DNA from: Chiloscyllium plagiosum | Lineage: Eukaryota | Assembly (NCBI RefSeq): GCF_004010195.1 | Contig: NC_057749.1 | Coordinates: 20,662,385 to 20,699,773, forward strand | Direction: 5' to 3' | Length of the DNA stretch: 37,389 nt | In this document: positions 34,110 through 37,389 of the stretch, piece after piece | Position numbering within the stretch: position 1 is the stretch's first letter | Layout of the letters: each line of letters opens with the position of its first letter | Made by a program: the position numbers and the translations under genes | Notes under the pieces: generated by a model | Databases searched by the model: none | What the model was told of the DNA's origin: nothing | What the model saw: only the letters and a program-made list of their open reading frames with translations

Positions 34110-34270
34110 TAAGAACACCTTATTCTTAACACCTTTAATGCAATAAAATAGCCTAAATTGCTCTATGGAAGTTTTATGAAACAAAGTCTGATGTCAAACT
34201 AAATATGAAGGTATCAGCCAAACATTTAAAACATCAAAGAGAAACATCTTAAAAGAGGAAAAAAAAGGAA
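34110..34270 (-). mobile_element. Decayed L2-type 3' tail
   Basis: ACACCTTTAATGCAATAAAATAGCCTAAATTGCT...CATCTTAAAAGAGG resembles the reverse complement of L2 ends. Confidence 0.4.
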
Positions 34271-34289
34271 GTTGAGTAGCAACATGGTC

Positions 34290-35470
34290 TTGAGGTACCA
34301 TGTTTCATTGTCTGAACAAAACTTTATGCCAAAGCATTCGTGGCCAGGTGATAGGGAACTGATCAGATATGTTGGATTCCATTCTGCTTCAGCTAGTCCA
34401 TAAACTGCAGATATAAACTGTGGCCCATTATCATTAACAAGTTGTTCTGGAGAACCAAACCACACTAAGAGCTCCCCTAATCTTTCAATGGTTTTCTCTG
34501 AAGAAGTCATCTTCATGATGTTTGTTTAGCATGTGCATTAACCACTATGAAAATCATTCTTCCTTCAAAAGACCAACATGGATTTTTTGCCATGGCCCTT
34601 CCGGCCATTCCAATGGGTGTAATGGCACTAATGGAGATAGGTTGCGAACACTTGCACAAGTTGTATATGTTCACGCTTTTTCCTCAACTTCAGAGTCGAG
34701 CCCTGGCCACCAAAAATAGCTTCTAGCTATCACTTTCATTCTAACAATGCCACAATGACCTTGTGTAGTTGGTTTAATATGTTTTCTTAGCTGTAGTGCA
34801 GTGATGACTCTCATTCCCCCTAGGGGAATATATATCCTAATTGGATAGATAGTTCTCTCTTTGCCTAGCATGCGGCTTCAGTTCAGAGTTTGTTCCTGTG
34901 ATCTTGCCAAGATGTACCATATCCATCCTCGATTGCAGTGGATCATTTCTTGCATATTTACAAACCTGCCCCCCTGCTGTTCTCTACTTGTTCAAAACAA
35001 AAAATGTCAAGATTAGGACTGTTTGCGTCAGCCCATTTGGCAAAGGTAATCTAGAGAGACCATCAGCATTCCCACACAAGTTGGATTTCTAATACTTAAC
35101 TGCATAGTGAGAGTTGATAACAACAATGCCCACTTTGCTGCTAAAGAAGATCTCTCAGTATGAGGCCCAATATTGTGGTCAACGATCTGTTGTCCAGGGT
35201 AAATTCTCAGCCATGCATGGAATGATGGAATGGTCAAATACCAAAAGTGATTTCTAGAGCGTCTTTCTCTCTGTGTGCATAGTTCATTTATGCTTTGTGT
35301 AATGATCTTTACGCAACTGCTTTTGCCTTCTCTTCACCATTGGGTAATGTGTGAGAAATGACTGTTTTCACCCCATACAATGAGGCATTGCATATTAGTT
35401 GCAACTTTGCGTCAAAACAGGTCAGGTCTTTGGACTTTAATAAAGCCCTTTTAGGTTTGGATATAGGTTT
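34290..35470 (-). mobile_element. Decayed Gypsy/Ty3 LTR-retrotransposon pol (RNase H, integrase zinc finger, integrase core)
   Basis: LICNASLYGVKTVISHTLPNGEEK (RNase H), GHCGIVRMKVIARSYFWWPGLDSEVE (zinc finger) and FGSPEQLVNDNGPQF (core) occur in Gypsy order. Confidence 0.88.
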
Positions 35471-35595
35471 TTTCACATTGAACTTCCCATTTCCAATTCT
35501 TGTTTTGTCATAATAAATTGTGCAACAGCTTGAGAATGGTTGCAAGATCTGAAACAAACCTGCCAGAGTAAGTTAGCGAGCTTAAAAATGAGTGC

Positions 35596-35710
35596 CAAAA
35601 ATAGAAACTGCTGGAAAAGCTCAACAGGTCTGGAACTTTCCCCGTTCTGAGGAAGGTTCACTTGACCAAAAATGTTAACTGATTTTTCTCCACTGACGCG
35701 GCCAAGCCGT
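35596..35710. mobile_element. Penelope terminal pieces in inverted arrangement with hammerhead remnant
   Basis: A minus-oriented piece (TGCTGGAAAAGCTCAACAGGTCTGG) is followed by plus-strand GTT-CTGAGGA (35647-35653)...AAAATGTTAAC. Confidence 0.65.
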
Positions 35711-36597
35711 ATTTTTAATATCAGGATGGATATGAAGAAAATTGACATTATCCTAAGGAGAATTAGGATATAGGAATTTCAGTAAAATTGACAATTAAAT
35801 TTTCAAGTAAATCACATTTTACAAATTTCCCTTTGATCATTGTTACATTCTTAATTAGTTATGGACCTTTAAGAAAAGCAAATTTGTACAGTTCTTTAGC
35901 TTGGACATATTTGTATTGAGAAAAGCACAGGACTTGAAAGAAAATGAAGTGTAATTGGGGAATGAGAAAATGAACACAATGTGTATAAACACACACAGGT
36001 TTACATAAGGTTCACCAGACCTGTTCAACAGCAAAAGAACGTATCTGTATAAGCTGTGAAGGGCTTGAATGACTCAAATTCTCTGATTCGATAAATGACT
36101 ATCCAGGCAGTGACTGAAGATAGATAGGATCTGGATACTGCAGATAACCATATGACAATGTTTACATAAGTATTGAACTGCTGGGGTCTAATGTGCAATG
36201 GACAGTTAGTTGGATGTTGTTGGTTGTTGCATCATTGGCCTCAAACAAGAAATAATGAGATTTTTAATTCAAGCAGAACATGAGAGCTTATTCAATGCAG
36301 GAAACATGAACATATTTGTTCTTTAAGGTTCTGGGAGATATATCTGCAAAAATGGTGGCCATTTTTCAGACAGTTAATAATAAACCTTTAAGCAGGATTT
36401 TTATTCTACAAAACAGTATCTATGAAATACACAATGTGTTCTCATAAGCAAAACAAGCATTCATGCTTCAGAAAACCAACAGCCATCTGATAACATCTCA
36501 GGTCTGTGAACTGTCAACTCTCCTGTTTTCCACAGATGTTAACTGACCAACTGAGTCTTTCCAGCATCCACAGCACTTTGATTACATGCTGCAGTTA

Positions 36598-37389
36598 GAG
36601 TGTCATACAGTCATAGAGATGTGCAGCATGGAAATAGACCCTATGGTCCAACACGTCCATGCCGACCAAATATCCCAACCCAATCTAGTTCCACTTGCCA
36701 GCACCCGGCCCATATCCCTCCAAACCCTTCCTATTCATATACCCATCCAAATGCCTCTTAAATGTTGCAATTGTACCTGCCTCCACCACATCCTCTGGCA
36801 GCTCATTGCATACACGTACAACCCTCTGTGTGAAAACGTTGCCCCTTAGGTCTCTTTTATATCTTTCCCCTCTCACCCTAAACCTATGCCCTCTAGTTCT
36901 GGACTCCCTGATCCAAGGGAAAAGACTTTGTCTATTTATTCTATTCATGCCCCTCATAATTCTGTAAACCTCTAAGGTCACCCCTCAGCCTCCGACGCTG
37001 CCAGGAAAACAACCCCAGCCTGTTCAGCCTCTCCCTATAGCTCAGATCCTCCAACCCTGGCTATATCCTTGTAAATCATTTCTGAACCCTTTCCAGTTTC
37101 ACAACATCTTTCCGATAGGAAGGAGACCAGAATTGCATGCAATATTCCAACAGTGGCCTAACCAATGTCCTGTACAGCTGCAACATGACCTCCTAACTCC
37201 TGTACTCAATATTCTGACCAATAAAGAAAAGCATACCAAACGCCTTCTTCACTATCCTATCTACCTGCACCTGCACTCCAAGGTCTCTTTGTTCAGCAAT
37301 ACTCCTTAGGACCTTCCCATTAAGTGTATAAGTCCTGCTAAGATTCGCTTTCCCAAAATGCAGCACCTTGCATTTATCTGAATTAAACT
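36598..37389 (-). mobile_element. CR1 LINE 3' portion, runs off window end
   Basis: Near reverse complement of 1-643, including EVYRIMRGMNRINRQSLFP..RDLRGNVFTQRVVRV. Confidence 0.95.

Noticed and set aside
1..37389. CRISPR array, prokaryotic operons, retron-like RT systems
   Set aside because: There are no regularly spaced repeats with unique spacers, and all RT motifs belong to vertebrate retrotransposons.

Overview
This window is eukaryotic, repeat-dense, non-coding DNA. The HE1/V-SINE-type SINEs, abundant CR1 LINEs, Deu-domain-type SINEs and Penelope elements point to a cartilaginous fish (shark-like) intron or intergenic region; that assignment is an inference. No host protein-coding gene can be supported, and nearly all informative ORFs are retroelement fragments. 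Contents: many CR1 LINE pieces of different ages, several nested with visible target-site duplications (TSDs); an L1 3' end; L2 tails; a second CR1/L2-superfamily LINE; a decayed Gypsy pol; tRNA-derived SINEs; Penelope-like elements (PLEs); and two assembly gaps. Four signals stand out. (1) About a dozen minimal hammerhead-ribozyme (HHR) motifs lie on short PLE terminal cassettes, one of them a TSD-flanked palindrome. (2) A young Penelope GIY-YIG insertion has a scrambled, inverted 5' junction. (3) A tRNA-headed SINE shares its body with the region just upstream of a LINE endonuclease and its tail with a LINE 3' end. (4) Several chimeric or in-register LINE junctions occur. Family names come from my recall of consensus sequences, not from a database search, and boundaries of old fragments are approximate.
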